This document shows, in pieces, positions 38,221-52,260 of a stretch of 64,000 bases of DNA (the first letter of the stretch is position 1; each line of letters starts with the position of its first letter). Source of the stretch: Octopus vulgaris (lineage: Eukaryota); assembly GCA_951406725.2 (NCBI GenBank), contig OX597816.1, positions 136,462,001-136,526,000 on the forward strand. Reading direction: 5' to 3'. The notes beneath the pieces were generated by a model that did not search any database, had not been told where the DNA came from, and was given only the letters and a program-made list of their open reading frames with translations. The position numbers and the translations under genes are program-made.

Positions 38221-39205
38221 CTCAGATCGACACCAAATCACTCTGATGTTTGTACTGGAGCTTCCAGCACAAATGCCAAAGAGTGCAGCATGTCGTTTCT
38301 AAATTTCTGGCAGAGTGAATTGCATCATGGTGCTGTTTTTATCACAGACAGTACCCAGCTGACCCTACTATACTGTATAGTCAACAAAATCCAAAACAAA
38401 CAATGTGCATGTGTCAAATTAAATATATAAAATGGTGATAATTTATGGTACTTGAACAGGCATATTTATAAAATGCACTATGTATCTTAAACCAATCTTT
38501 CAGGCTTTAAGCAAGCTTCTTGTGTGTGTGTGCATATTATCATAATTTAATGTCTACTTTCCCATGCTTGCATGAGTCAGATATGTAAGTATACATAATT
38601 ATGCATATTAGGAGTAATTCTTGTGATATATTTGCATCAGTAAATATGTATATATGGTTCTTTGCATGCTAATCTGCTTCTGTTGGGATGGGCATTAATT
38701 AGCAAATGAACGGCCATCTAAGATGATAAATCATTGAGACATCATACTGATTTCTCTATGACCTGATAGCCTGGACTGTAAATCTTAAGTCCTCCATTCA
38801 GAGACTCAGTGACAGCACACTCTTGTATCGTTACGATAAGACATTCTTCATCACATTAGAAAGTATAAAGGCTAATTACCTAACCTAATTTAACACAGTT
38901 GTTGTTGTTGATACAGCAACACTGTCAGCAATCCAATACAAATACTAGATTATAAAGAATTACGCAATCTCTGAAGATTTGAAAATACATTTATATTATA
39001 TGATCTTTATATGACTGACATTTTTTCATTGTTAATGAAACATGCATGAGATGATGTAACTAAATATTGTGTAAACAAACTCTCCTATTTTGTTACACAT
39101 GCACGCATATACACACAAATACATATATGTATATATATGTATTCACACAGTTTCAGGGAGAGAAAATAAAAAATGTGTAGTGGCTAGCGATCTATCATGG
39201 CGAAT

Positions 39206-39263
<58 letters not shown>

Positions 39264-39270
39264 GTACACA

Positions 39271-39645
39271 TAGGTGCAGGAGTGGCTGTGTGGTAAGAAG
39301 CTTGCTTTCCAACCACATGGTTCCGGGTTCAGTCCCACTGTGTGGCACCTTGGGCAAGTGTCTTCTACTTTTGCCTCAGGCCGACCAAAGCCTTGTGAGT
39401 GGATTTGGTAGAAGGAAACTGAAAGAAGTCTGTTGTGTATATATGTATTTGCATGTCTGTGTTTGTCCCCCCACCATTAACAACACAACGTTGGTGTGTT
39501 TACATCCCCATAATTTACCGGTTTGGTGAAAGAGACCAATTGAATAGGTACTAGGCTTGCAAAGAATAAGTCCTGGGGTCGATTTGGGCAACTAAAAGGT
39601 GGTGCTCTATGGCTGCAGCCAAAATGACTAAAGCAAGTAAAAGAA
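39271..39645 (+). mobile_element. SINE family A, full length, next to (TA)n
   Basis: A/B boxes and complete tail; (TA)n at 39209-39262. Confidence 0.85.
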
Positions 39646-39658
39646 TATATAATATATA

Positions 39659-39689
<31 letters not shown>

Positions 39690-40549
39690 GCATACATACA
39701 TACATACATACATACATACATACATGCATACAACAGACATAATTTAAAATTACTAGCTCAAGGTGTCTTTAGTTTGAGTTACTCCATCACTGTTCAATAA
39801 AATGACAACTCAAGTAATCAGTTCGTTTAAGTTTTCCTATCAAAGAACTATAAGTTCACACACATACAGCAGTGTATGTTCTCTTTTACTGGTTTTAGTC
39901 ATTGGACATTGGGTATGTAGGGATTCTGCAGTAATCAAATTGACCCCAGTCATACACACACACATATGTACTTATGATAGCAGAGATGTACATATTTCAT
40001 CCCTCACAATTTTGTGCCACCAGTTTCTGCTCTCCATGGAGCCAGTTCCTCGTGTCTTCGTTGTCTTCTGCTAATTTTAGTTATTGGACTGGAGCCATGT
40101 GGGGGCACCTCCTTGAAGAATTTTAGTTGAACTTTTTTTCAGTTGGGTACTTATACTATCAGTCTTTTGTGCCAAACTGCTAAGATTCAAGGACATAAAC
40201 ACACCAACACTGGTTGTCAAGTGATGGTGGTGTATGTATGTATGTATAATAGATGCAAATGTGATGGTGTGGTAAGAAGTCTGCTCTCAATCACATGGTT
40301 CTGAGTTCAGTCCCTGTGTGTGACACCTTGGACAAGTGTCATCCACTAGAGCTCTGGACTGCCCAAAGCCTTGTGAATAGATTTAGTAGAAGGAAACAGA
40401 AAGAAATCCAACATGTGTGTACCTTTGTGTCTATGTTTGTCTTCAACCACCACCACTTGACAACCAGTGTTGGTGTGTTTATGTCCTTGAATCTTATCGG
40501 ACTTCTTTAAGTTGTGTGTTTATATATGTATATATATATATACACACAG

Positions 40550-40635
<86 letters not shown>

Positions 40636-41010
40636 GGCACAGGAGTGGCTGTGTGGTAAGTAGCTTGCTTACCAACCACATGGTTCCGGGTTCAGTCCCA
40701 CTGCGTGGCACCTTGGGCAAGTGTCTTCTGCTATAGCTCCGGGCCAACCAATGTCTTGTGATTGGATTTGGTAGACGGAAACTGAAAGAAGCCTGTCATA
40801 TATATTTATATATATATATGTGCGTGTATGTTTGTGTGTCTGTGTTTGTCCCCCTAGCATTGCTTGACAACCGATGCTGGTGTATTTATGTCCCCGTCAC
40901 TTAGCGGTTCGGCAAAAAGACCGATAGAATAAGTCCCGGGGTCGTGTTGCTCGATTAAAGGCGGTGCTCCAGCATGGCTGCAGTCAAATGACTGAAACAA
41001 GTAAAAGAGT
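40636..41010 (+). mobile_element. SINE family A, young full-length copy
   Basis: Many intact CpGs. Other copies lie near 13220-13460, 45060-45410, 50265-50548(-), 52860-53000(-), 57335-57675 and 63830-63987(-). Confidence 0.85.
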
Positions 41011-41261
41011 ATCTGTGTGTGTAGATAGATAGATAAATGCATAGATTCTGTGTGGTAAGGTTTTTGCAAGTAGTATGATATTCAATCAACTATGAGAGTG
41101 AACTTTCAATAACATACATTTTTTATGATCTTCATCAAACATTTACATTGATATTACTATCTATCCATGTGAAACTCAATGAAATTTCTATGAACATTTG
41201 ATGGTTTAAACATGTTTGTCTAATTTTTACCTTGGAATTTTAAACTCTCCTAAAACTCCAT

Positions 41262-41303
<42 letters not shown>

Positions 41304-41457
41304 ATTATTATTATTATTATTTTTTACAATTTACTTAATCATTGACATTTTATTGTTATTTTAATTTTAATTTTTCTATTGTATGTAATTTTCTAGATGG
41401 TGTAATTTAATTGTTCATTTTGAATTGATAAAAGGTGTTTTTTTTCTAATTTTTATA

Positions 41458-42619
41458 TCTTTATATATATATAAAACTGAGAATGTGTGTCTGTATGTCT
41501 GTCTGTGTGTTTCCCTAAAATTTGAGAACTACACAACCAAATTTATTCAAATTTTACACATGCCTTACTTATGGTCTGGGGAGTGTCATCGGCAAAAAAA
41601 ATTTTGAACTTTTTGCCTAGGGTGAGCCCACAGCAATATCATATCTTCTTCACTACGATTCCCTAAAACTTGAGAACTACACAACCAATTCCATTCAAAT
41701 TTTACACATGCCTTACTTAGGGTCCATGTAGTTTCATGGGCAAAAAAAGTTCAACTTCTTGCCTAGAGTGAACCCAAAGCAATATCATATCTTCTCCACT
41801 ATTTCAGTATTACGTGTTAAAAGTGAAACAAAAACGTTTCTCTATTTTATGTCAGATACTTTCACTTTAACAATAAAAATAATAATAACAATAGAATTAT
41901 ATGTAGTAAGTAATAATTAAAATCAAACTAAAGTAAAAATAGCAATTGGTATAAAATTGCATCAATGATTTGAACTTGAATAAGTGGTTTCACATGAATG
42001 GGAATAAATTAAAAATAAAATTAGCGTGCAGAAATGGAATAGTCCAGATGGATAATAAAAAATTAAAATAAAGAAAAGATTATTGTCTATAAAGTATAAA
42101 ATGTAGAGAAAAAAGAAGATTTGAACACATGGAGGAAAGCACCTTCGAAAAGTGTCTTGGTGCGACTATGAAAGATATCTAATCAGAGGCGGTAAATTCG
42201 CCACAATAGAAGCAAGGTTCGAGTCAACGGAGCGTGCAGGGGAGTACTCGACTCGAACTTGCAAAGTGGAAATATTTTATTTTTACCTTTATATCTGGGA
42301 CGTAGGACGTCCTGGAAAAGAATTTTAAATGCCCCCACCCCACCCCCGAAGTAGAGGTAGGCTGGATTGTAACCACACTTCTATACAAGAGGGAGGACAA
42401 GATACAATTGATCGAAATTACAAGAGACGGGCTAACAATTCCAGTCTGTTATATATTTTGAGTATTGTTATCACTAGTGATATCAAGATATAACTTTGTA
42501 TTTTGTATTTTATGTGTAGATGTATATATATAGATGTACATGTAATATGTACACATATATATACACATATATACATGCACTAGCACTATGACCCGGCAAC
42601 GACGGGTCTTTAATGCTAG
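41458..42619 (+). mobile_element. Non-autonomous Helitron
   Basis: A|TCTTTATATATATAAAACTGAG 5' end with (CTGT)-type microsatellite; internal ~150-bp tandem duplication (41510-41800); 3' hairpin GACCCG-gcaacga-CGGGTC then CTAG|T. Continuity of the two ends is inferred. Confidence 0.7.
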
Positions 42620-43536
42620 TATATATATATATGTGTGTGTGTGTGTGTGGTGTGTATGTATGTTTGTATATATGTATATATATTTGTATCATTGATAAGT
42701 AAAAAATTGTTGAAACTAGTTTGATATGTGAATAAATCTATCTAAAAATGTCTACAAGTTTTTCAGCTTCAGGTTCATTTTCAAACCCCAAAACAAATTC
42801 TCCTATGCTTTTTCCTGCTTGGGAATACATTTCTTTCCATATATATATATATATACTCACATGCAGATTTGCTAATGTGTTTGCATTAGTACTTATATGA
42901 AAACATGCTAGGGATGCTCACTAATGCTACTCATTCATTTTTTAGCTGTAGGTAACAATTGTCTTATATACAAACCCTACTTGTATATACCTTCTTTACA
43001 TATTTTTATATGCCTTTATGTAAACATGTGTATGTGCAGACATGCATGATTGCATATATATATGTTTGCATTCATATGTAAATGAATTTGTATGTTTACA
43101 ATATCTATATGCAAATGCTTGTATATGTATATATTTATGTGTGCATATATGTATATTTTTGCATGCATGTATTTGCTTATGAATATGTATGTGTGTGTAT
43201 ACCATATGTAAAATATATATATACACACATGTGTGCACATGCTCAGTTCTGTAGCTATATGTGTGTATGTGTGTGTTTATGTATGATTTATAATTTCCAA
43301 GTTAGATTTCTCTTATAATGCAGTGTGAGGCAATTCAAGCCATAGAGTTTTGGTAACAGGATTAGAATCTACTTCTAATTTCTGTCCTTCTCTCTCTTTC
43401 TCTTTCAATCTCTTTATATATTGGTAAGACACATAAATACACTCTCACTCACATAGTCAAGTCACAATTAAGAGTAGCAGGAGCAGTTACATTGACAATC
43501 TACCATGCTTCCTCTCTGTTTGAATTATTTCTTTAG

Positions 43537-43639
<103 letters not shown>

Positions 43640-45703
43640 ACCACACATACTCTGTCTCTGTTGAGCGAGAGAGAAACATGTATGTATATAAATATATATA
43701 CTGGAATGACTTCTGCTTCAAGAGAAGATAAACTAACACATGGCGGCAGTTGCAACCAATTGCAAATGAGATGTAAATATTCTTATGAAGCAAGAATTAT
43801 CTGGGATTAACTGGTCATTAACCCTTTAGTATTTAAACCAAAATGTTCTACCTGTTTTATGTTCAAACTGGCCAGGTTCAGTCTTAGGTTCAGTTTCATT
43901 GTGTGGCCCCTTGGGCAAGTGTCTTCTACTATAACCCAAGCCAACCAATGCTAGTACTTTGCGAGCAAATTTGGTCAATGGAAACTGTGTGAAAGCCCCT
44001 CGTGTTTGTGTGTGTGTTTTTTGTGTTTGTGTATTCCCCATCCAATGCTTAGTTGTTGTTTTTATGTTCCCATAATTCATCAAAAGAGACTGATAGAATA
44101 AGTACAAAACTTTAAAATTTACTTTCTGAGGGTGATTTGTTCGACTAGTGCTTCAGCATGGCCAAAATCAAGTGGCTGAAGCAAGTAATAGATAAGGGTT
44201 TTGGAAATTTACAAAAGTTAAGTAACAATGAACTAAGGGACAATGAACACAGTAGTCCGTAGCATGAATTTGGATGTGTGTGTTTATAAACTAGAAACCC
44301 CTACATAAGTATTACCCTTGCTAGAATTAGAATTTCTTCGACAGACAGGTCACACAATCACAATGCCAATAAATGGTATATGTACAACAAAACCCACCCG
44401 TTAATCAAGAAACCAAGAACTCCTAAAAAACTTTAACCCCTCCAAAAACTAGAATTTCAGTGAAGGATAGCTTAAAACTTACAAGAACACAAGATATAAA
44501 AGGTTCTCAGCCAAAGAAGCACAGCAAACTTCTTCAATATCAGCTGCCTAATAGATATTATGGTTTTTGACACATAGGCAATAGTACCTGTCAATCCAAT
44601 AGATGTTAATGGCATTCAGAATGTAAACACTGTCTTAGAATTTATACATATATATATAAATTATATATTTATATATCTATAGGTCGGGTCGTGTGCCAGC
44701 GGGGCGGAAAATTGTAAAAGTAAGAGGATGAGTGCCTCATATTGAAAGGGCATATGGCCCATAAGAAAAAATTGTAAGAGGCCAAGTACTTCATTTCAAG
44801 GACATGGTGTCATTTGAGGGAAGAGGCTTAGTGCCTCATTGTAAGGACCTTGAGTCCAAAAGAAATATTGGTAAGAGGTTTATTGCCTCAAATTGTAAGT
44901 TCACAAAAGAACAATGTTTTAGAGAAGCAAAGATTGGCAGGCGTCTTTTGCCTTCTCTCATTAATATCATCCTGTTCATCTCATCTCATTAATGTCTTTG
45001 TCCAGCCCATAGCTTCTCCATCTGTGTACGGCTATCATAGCCAATTTAATGAAATAAAGAAACTTGCTTCCCAATCACATGGTTCCAGGTTCAGTCCTAC
45101 TACATGGCACCTTGGGCAAGCGTCTTAGACTATAGCCTCGGGCTGATCAAAGCCTTGTGAGCAGGTTTGGTAGACAAACTGAAAGAAGCCTGTTTATTTT
45201 TGATTCATTCCCGCCATCACTGCTTGACAATCAGTGTTGGTGCGTTTATGTCCCCCATAACTTAGTGGTTCGACAAAAGAGACTGACAGAAAATGTGCTG
45301 GGCTTCAAAAAATAAGTCCTGGTGTTCATTTGTTTGGCTAAAATCCTTGAAGGCGGTGCTCCAGCATGGCTGCAGTCAAATGACTAAAACAAGTAAAAGA
45401 ATAAAGAGTAGTATGTTAAACACATGCTACCCTTGCAAAATATTGACTCCTTTAGTATCTCCTTGCTTGTGTGTTTCCTGCATGCATTAACTTGTAATTA
45501 TGTGTGGTGGTGGTTGGTGGGAAAAAGGTAAATGTTAGTGGTTCTACATAGTTATATATGAAAACATTCAAACATTAATTGAAAGCTCACTCGGTACATT
45601 GGTAAAGTATCACATTTATTCTTACAAAGAAAGTATTAACGGCGTCTTCAGTTTTGCTACTTACTAGCACCATCAGTCTGTAAATCATTTTGGTTTTTAC
45701 AAT

Positions 45704-45744
<41 letters not shown>

Positions 45745-46138
45745 TTCATTTTGTGTTTGGGGCTTCATGATTTGCAAGCAAGTTTAGTTTAGTGGTGTAT
45801 TTTAATGACATAAAGAAAAAAGGAACTAAGAAAAAGCCTACCGTTTTGGATTGCTTGAGTAGGTGAGCAGAAATAAGGAGCTATAATTAAGTTAATATTT
45901 ATCAATATGTCAAACTGAAGTTACAATTTTTCAGCAGATATACACAGTAAGGCAGAAAGGAGAAATAGGATAAAGAGAAAGAAAAAGTGGTATAGAAAGA
46001 GGATAAGAAGGCTTATCGTGGGGTAGAAAAAGACAAAGTGGGTAGGAAAATACTGAGCTCTAATTTAGTGGTGTCTATGTGGGGGGGGAGCTGAAAAACA
46101 GTTAATATTTCTCTATATGTCTTCCGTGTGTATGTAAC

Positions 46139-46176
<38 letters not shown>

Positions 46177-49100
46177 TACATGTATATGTATATAAATATA
46201 GGCACAGGCATGACTGTATAGCTTAAGACGCTTGTTTCACAATGAAATAATCTTGTGTTCAGTCCCACAGCATGGCTTGTATAGATATGGATTAGCTACA
46301 TCACACAGGCTCCCTTGTCACTTCCACAGTGAGCAAATTACAAGGGACCAAGAAATGTGGCAATTTGCTGCACTTGATAAAACATGTCAAGCTAAGTAAA
46401 ATCATTGTTGTCTTCCACACACATACAAGCTTGTCCTTTTAAGTGCCAGTGTCACATAAAAAGTACCTGTGCCAGTGCTGTGTAAACACACCTATGCTAG
46501 TGGCATGTGAAAGGCACCCAGCACGCTCTGTTAAATGGTTGGCATTAGGAACGGCATCCAGCTGTAGGAACCATGCCACAACAAACAATTAGAGTATGGA
46601 CAGCTCCCAGCTGGCCAACTCCTTGTCAAACTGTCTAATCCATGCCAGCATGGAAAGTAGACGTTAAATGATGATGATGTTGATACAACTGTGATGGCTA
46701 CATACTACATATCTTCATAAAAAAAAAAGCTCATAATCATATTTTGACTCTCTCTTCTCTGTAGGAGAAGACTAGTTTTATTCTGCATAACCTTAGAGAA
46801 GGGCTATTGTTGAATTGCAGAATTCTGATTTCAAGTAAGGCTTATTTGTTTTCTTTTAACTTAGATTCTTTTAAGTAGGTTCCTTTGCAAATGGCTTTTT
46901 TTTTTTCAACTGTACAGTATTTTGAAACTTTTATTTTAAATCTTAAATACACTAATTACCATTTAGTAATTATGTTGTTTACGCTCAATTATCATTAAGT
47001 AATTATTTGTTTGGTGTAGACACTCCTATCTAAGCAAGTTATATTTCTTATTAAACATAAAAGATAATTGCCCTCATAGTAACTAATTTCTCCACAGCTG
47101 TCATGAAAAAGCTGTCTTTTATTTAGCATTATGAAGAACAAAATTGATTAACAGCTAAACTAAAGTGCTCCCATATTGTGTAGACAGTTTTTTTTTCTTT
47201 TCTTTTCTTTTTATCTTAAATCAAGAAGTTATGACTTAGAATATGTTCTTGAAAAAATTGAACTATGTCAATTGAAATAAGACAACAGTACTTGTTATTA
47301 ATCAATAATTTATAAACAAAGTCAAAAAAATTCTTTCATTTCTTTTTTGTATACAATTTTTAATTTTAATGATTTTTTAAAATTCCAACATTATGTGTTG
47401 GATCTCACAGGGGTGAAGGGATGACAGGGGGCTAAGACTTCTGGCTGTTTGCTGTGCTTGAGAAGACATGTCAAGCTTAGTAAAATCAAGGTCATTCTTG
47501 CTTACCAGTATGTTCCCTATATCCCTTTTCAGCTGAGTGATCCTAATCTTATTTCTTTATTGCCTACAAGGAGCTAAGCATAGAGGGGACAAACAAGGAG
47601 AGACAAAGGGATTAAGTCGATTACATTGACCCCAGTGCGTAACTGGTACTTAAGTTATCGACCCCAAAAAGATGAAAGGAAAAGTCGACCACGGTGGAAT
47701 TTGAACTCAGAACGTAAAAACAGACAAAATACCACTAAGCAGTTTGCCCAGCATGCTAACGTTTCTGCCAGCTTGCCGCCTTTTGTAATCCTAATCTTGT
47801 GGGCTCGTGGCTGCTGGTGCCACGTAAAACGCACTCATGCTGGTGCTGCATAAAAGCACCCGTAAAATGGTTGTCATTATGAAGAGCATCAAGCCATAGA
47901 AACCATGCCAAAACAGACATGGAGCCTGGGCAGCCCTTTGGCTGACCAGCTCCTGTCAAACCATCTGACCCATGCCAGTATGGAAAATAGGCTTTAAATG
48001 ATAATGATGATGATGTGTGTGAGCACATATCAACTGTTGTATGCAAGTCTGTGCGAAGAAATATTTTTCTTATATGTTGATGAAGTGTTCAAGGTTTATA
48101 AAACAACTTTATATTAGCTGCCATGATTTCTGATAACAAATAATGTGAAATTTTTTTTCTCTTTTTTTTTTTTGTTAGTTGACTGATCAATCAAATTAGT
48201 TTTGATTTCCATTCTATTTCTGCATCATGGCTTATCACCATCGGAAAAAATCTGTTCTTGTGTTATTCTCTCATTTCTATTAGTTCAATCAATGAAACCT
48301 GGCTGTTATCACTATTTGTTTTTTTCTACCATATCAGATGTATTGCTTTAACTTAATGGTATTTTAACAATAAAGTCTTGTTGTTAGTTTCATAGTTTAT
48401 CTTAAATACCAACATTAACCGGTACAATTGACAATGAAATTTGGGGATTTCCATCAGATTATCAATTAATTGCTGTCATAGCAATATATATTTTTGTACA
48501 TATGTCAGCAGCTTACATTTGATAAGAATGTTATTAAATTCAAATTTTGGCACAAGGCCAGCAAGTTTGGGGGAGGGGTAAGTCAATTACATTGACCCCA
48601 GTGCTCAACTGGTATGCATTTTATGAACCCCAAAAGGGTGAAAGGCAAAGTCAACCTCAGCGGAATTTGAACGTAATGATGGACAAAATGCCACTAAACA
48701 TCTTGCCAAGATCGCTGCCTTATATTTGATAAGAATGTCATTACCATTAATTTTGAAACTATAGTTACTGGTTTCAATCCAGTATGGTATTGTCTAAACT
48801 TCTGAAGACAACTGACAATCGAACTGGTGGAAACATGATGCAGCTGGTGGAGTAACTGGTTGGAAATTTAGAATCTTATTAACAACTTATCTTAGATATT
48901 TAGATATTTAATATGTAATTCCAATTCATACCATCTGACAATCACTGTATCTATAAGACTATTAGATGTTGTTATACATTGCTAGTCACAATGTGCTTCC
49001 TTCCATTCTTGTAGCTGCTGAATGGTACCACCCTGTGGGTTAGGCAGGCAAGCCAATATTTCAGTCTGTCAGAGGGTTACCCTTTTACAGCTGAGTGGAT

Positions 49101-50543
49101 TGGACCAACATGAAATGAAGTGTTTTACTCAAGAACGCAATACATCACTGGCTTGAAAATTGAAGCCATAATATTATGACTATGAGTGCAACACCCTAAC
49201 CAGTATGCCTTGCACCTTGACACCATCTGACAATATTTATATTAAAATGTTTTTGTTATTTGTGTCTGTCCCTTAGAGATTTCTCTGTCTTATAATTCTT
49301 TATAAACCTCTACCTTATAATTTTGTACTTTAAATTCTTATAGTTCAGTTTTTAAGAAAGCTTCAGCCAATAATCCCTAATATCATGCCTCTGGATTTCA
49401 CAAACCTCTTCCTAATAGTGATTGTGCTTTCCTTTAGATAATTCTCTACAGTGACAAGTAGAGCAGTATCACAGAATTTGTAACTGTGTGTGTCTGTATA
49501 ATGTGACCACGCATGTGTACGTGTAAGACTGAGAGAGAGAGAGAGAGAGAGAGGGTGGGGAGCGGAAGAAAAAGATTTTTAGTTTGATTTTTTGAAAGCC
49601 AGTGGTAGTAGAGGAGAAAATGGCCATTTGAACAGAGTTTGACAGTTTGAAAATTAGCAAGGTCACTGAAGAGTATTTGGTGAAATAGGTTTTGGGCAGC
49701 AGGTGACCGGCCTTTTGTGGATGATATCATGAACAAGAGATATGATTGTGCTTGCCATGTGCAGTAATAGAACTGTTTCAAATGTGTGAATAGTAGTCGA
49801 GTAGAAGATAAATTATTCCTGTATAAGGGACCAGTGGTACAAGTGTGTGAATAACAGGAGTATATCTTTTATTTTTTACTTGTTTCAGTCATTAGACTGC
49901 AACCATGTCTTGAAGAATCTTTAGTTGAATGAATCCACTGCAGTATTTTTTTTTTTAAGCACTAGTACTTATTCTGTTTGTCTCTTTTGTCGAATTACTA
50001 TGGTATATATATCATCATCATCATCGTTTAACGTCCGTTCTCCATGCTAGCATGGGTTGGACGGTTCGACCGGGGATCTGGGAAGCCAGAAGGCTGCACC
50101 AGACTCCAGTCTTATCTGGCAATGTTTCTACAGCTGGATAACCTTCCTAACGCCAACCACTCCGTGAGTGTAGTGGGTGCTTTTTACATGCCACCCGCAT
50201 ATATATATATATAGTAGCAGAGATACTCAGCCGTGCTTGGGATTAAAATGGCATAGTATTTTTATTGTTTTACTTGTTTCAGTCGTGAATGTGGCCATGC
50301 TGGAGCACTGCCATTGGTTGAACAAATTGACCACGGGATTTATTCTTTGTAAGCCTAGTACTTACTCTATCAGTGTCTTTTGCTGAACCACTAAGTTTTT
50401 GGGACGTAAACACAGCAACATCGGTTGTCAAGCAATGGTGGGAGTACAAACACACACACACACACACAAATATTCACATATATACAACAGTCTTTCAGTT
50501 TCCATGTAAGAAATCCTTTCACAAGGCTTTGGTTGGCCTGAGG

Positions 50544-50613
<70 letters not shown>

Positions 50614-51283
50614 TCCAGTTATAGATAGCCATATCATCATCATCATTGTTTAACATCTGCTTTCCATGCTGGCATGGGTTGGACGGTTTGACTGAGGGCT
50701 ATATATATATATATATATATATATATCATCATCATCATCATCGTTTAACGTCCGTTTTCCGCGCTAGCACGGGTTGAACGGTTTCAACCGGGGTCTGGGG
50801 AGCCAGGGGCTGCCCCAGGCTCCAGTCTGGTCTGGCAGTGTTTCTACAGCTGGATGCCCTTCCTAACGCCAACCACTCCGCGAGTGTAGTGGGTGCTTTT
50901 TACGTGCCACCTGCACAGGTGCCAGAGGGGTCTGGCATCGGCCACGGTCAGTTGGTGCTTTTTATGTGCCACCTGCACAGAAGCCAGTCGGGGCGGTGCT
51001 GGCATTGGCCACGTTCGGATGGTGCTTTTTATGTGGGGGGGAGGGTGCAGAAATATAGGGGAGCACCAGTGGGGAGGGGTGTTCGGAGAAACGATGACAG
51101 GTTCTAGACAAGTAGAACGTAGGGTATCACGAGAGGGGTAATGCATGGTGAAATAGCGTATTGAAGAGGGGGGTTCGAAGAGTAGACACCTATAATGGTG
51201 GTCGGAGAAGCGACATCCGGTATAGATGGAGCAAAAATATAGAGATATCCGGTATTGGTGGTGGGGGTGGGCGGGTGCACCGG

Positions 51284-52239
51284 GAATATGCGAAGGTTGA
51301 ACTTGACGGGCTGGCTTAAAAATGCTCTTAGCAATGGAAGGGGGAAAGGAAGAGGGGGAGGGCATACAACGTAAAAGAGGGAGAGAGAGAGAGAAGGGAA
51401 TAGTGGAACCCCGCGAAAATCGGCCGCCATTGAAAAAATCCTGTATGGAGAAACTCAAATATCTATTCTGTATTTAGCGAGACACGAGGCCGGAAAACCG
51501 ATGGTCAACAATAACTAATAAATTATACAGAATATGCAATACGAGGCGAAATAATAATACTAATAAGCAAGGGTCAAAGGGATAATACTAATAATAATAA
51601 TAATAATAATAATAAACAGCTTAACCACTAGAGATCAGACAAATTTGCATGAGAATATTACTGGTACAGATTTCGGGATGAATTAGATTAGAAAGATTTT
51701 CTTATCTTGGGAACATTTCGTTTTTCAGCCTGACACGGCGAATATGCGAGGTTGAACTTGACGGGCTGGCTTAAAAATGCTCTTAGCAATGGAAGGGGGG
51801 GAAAGGAAGAGGGGGGGAGGGCATACAACGTAAAAGAGGGAGAGAGAGAGAGAGAAGGGAATAGTGGAACCCCGCGAAAATCGGCCGCCATTGAAAAAAT
51901 CCTGTATGGAGAAACTCAAATATCTATTCTGTATTTAGCGAGACACGAGGCCGGAAAACCGATGGTCGACAATAACTAATAAATTATACAGAATATGCAA
52001 TACAAGGCGAAATAATAATACTAATAAACAAGGGTCAAAGGGATAATACTAATACTAATAATAATAATAATAATAATAATAAACAGCTTAACCACTAGAG
52101 ATCAGACAAATTTGCATGAGAATATTACTGGTACAGATTTCGGGATGAATTAGATTAGAAAGATTTTCTTATCTTGGGAACATTTCGTTTTTCGGCCTGA
52201 CACGGCGAATATGCGAGGTTGAACTTGACGGGCTGGCTT
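51284..52239. repeat. CpG-rich ~460-bp tandem repeat (2 units plus 33-bp partial) followed by an A-run
   Basis: Units start gaatatgcga at 51284, 51740 and 52207, differing by a few substitutions and microsatellite length. Confidence 0.95.
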
Positions 52240-52260
52240 AAAAAAAAAAAAAAAAAAAAA

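Noticed and set aside
45935-45946. Possible 9-12 nt microexon before gtaagg
   Set aside because: The pyrimidine tract is weak and such sites are expected by chance in 35 kb.
48770-48840. CTGAAGA...GAAAC hammerhead-like core (also CTGATGA near 59431)
   Set aside because: The required stems do not pair.
50844-51979. 204-aa and duplicated MAADF ORFs
   Set aside because: They cross repeat junctions, frames differ between the two units, and no domain is recognisable.
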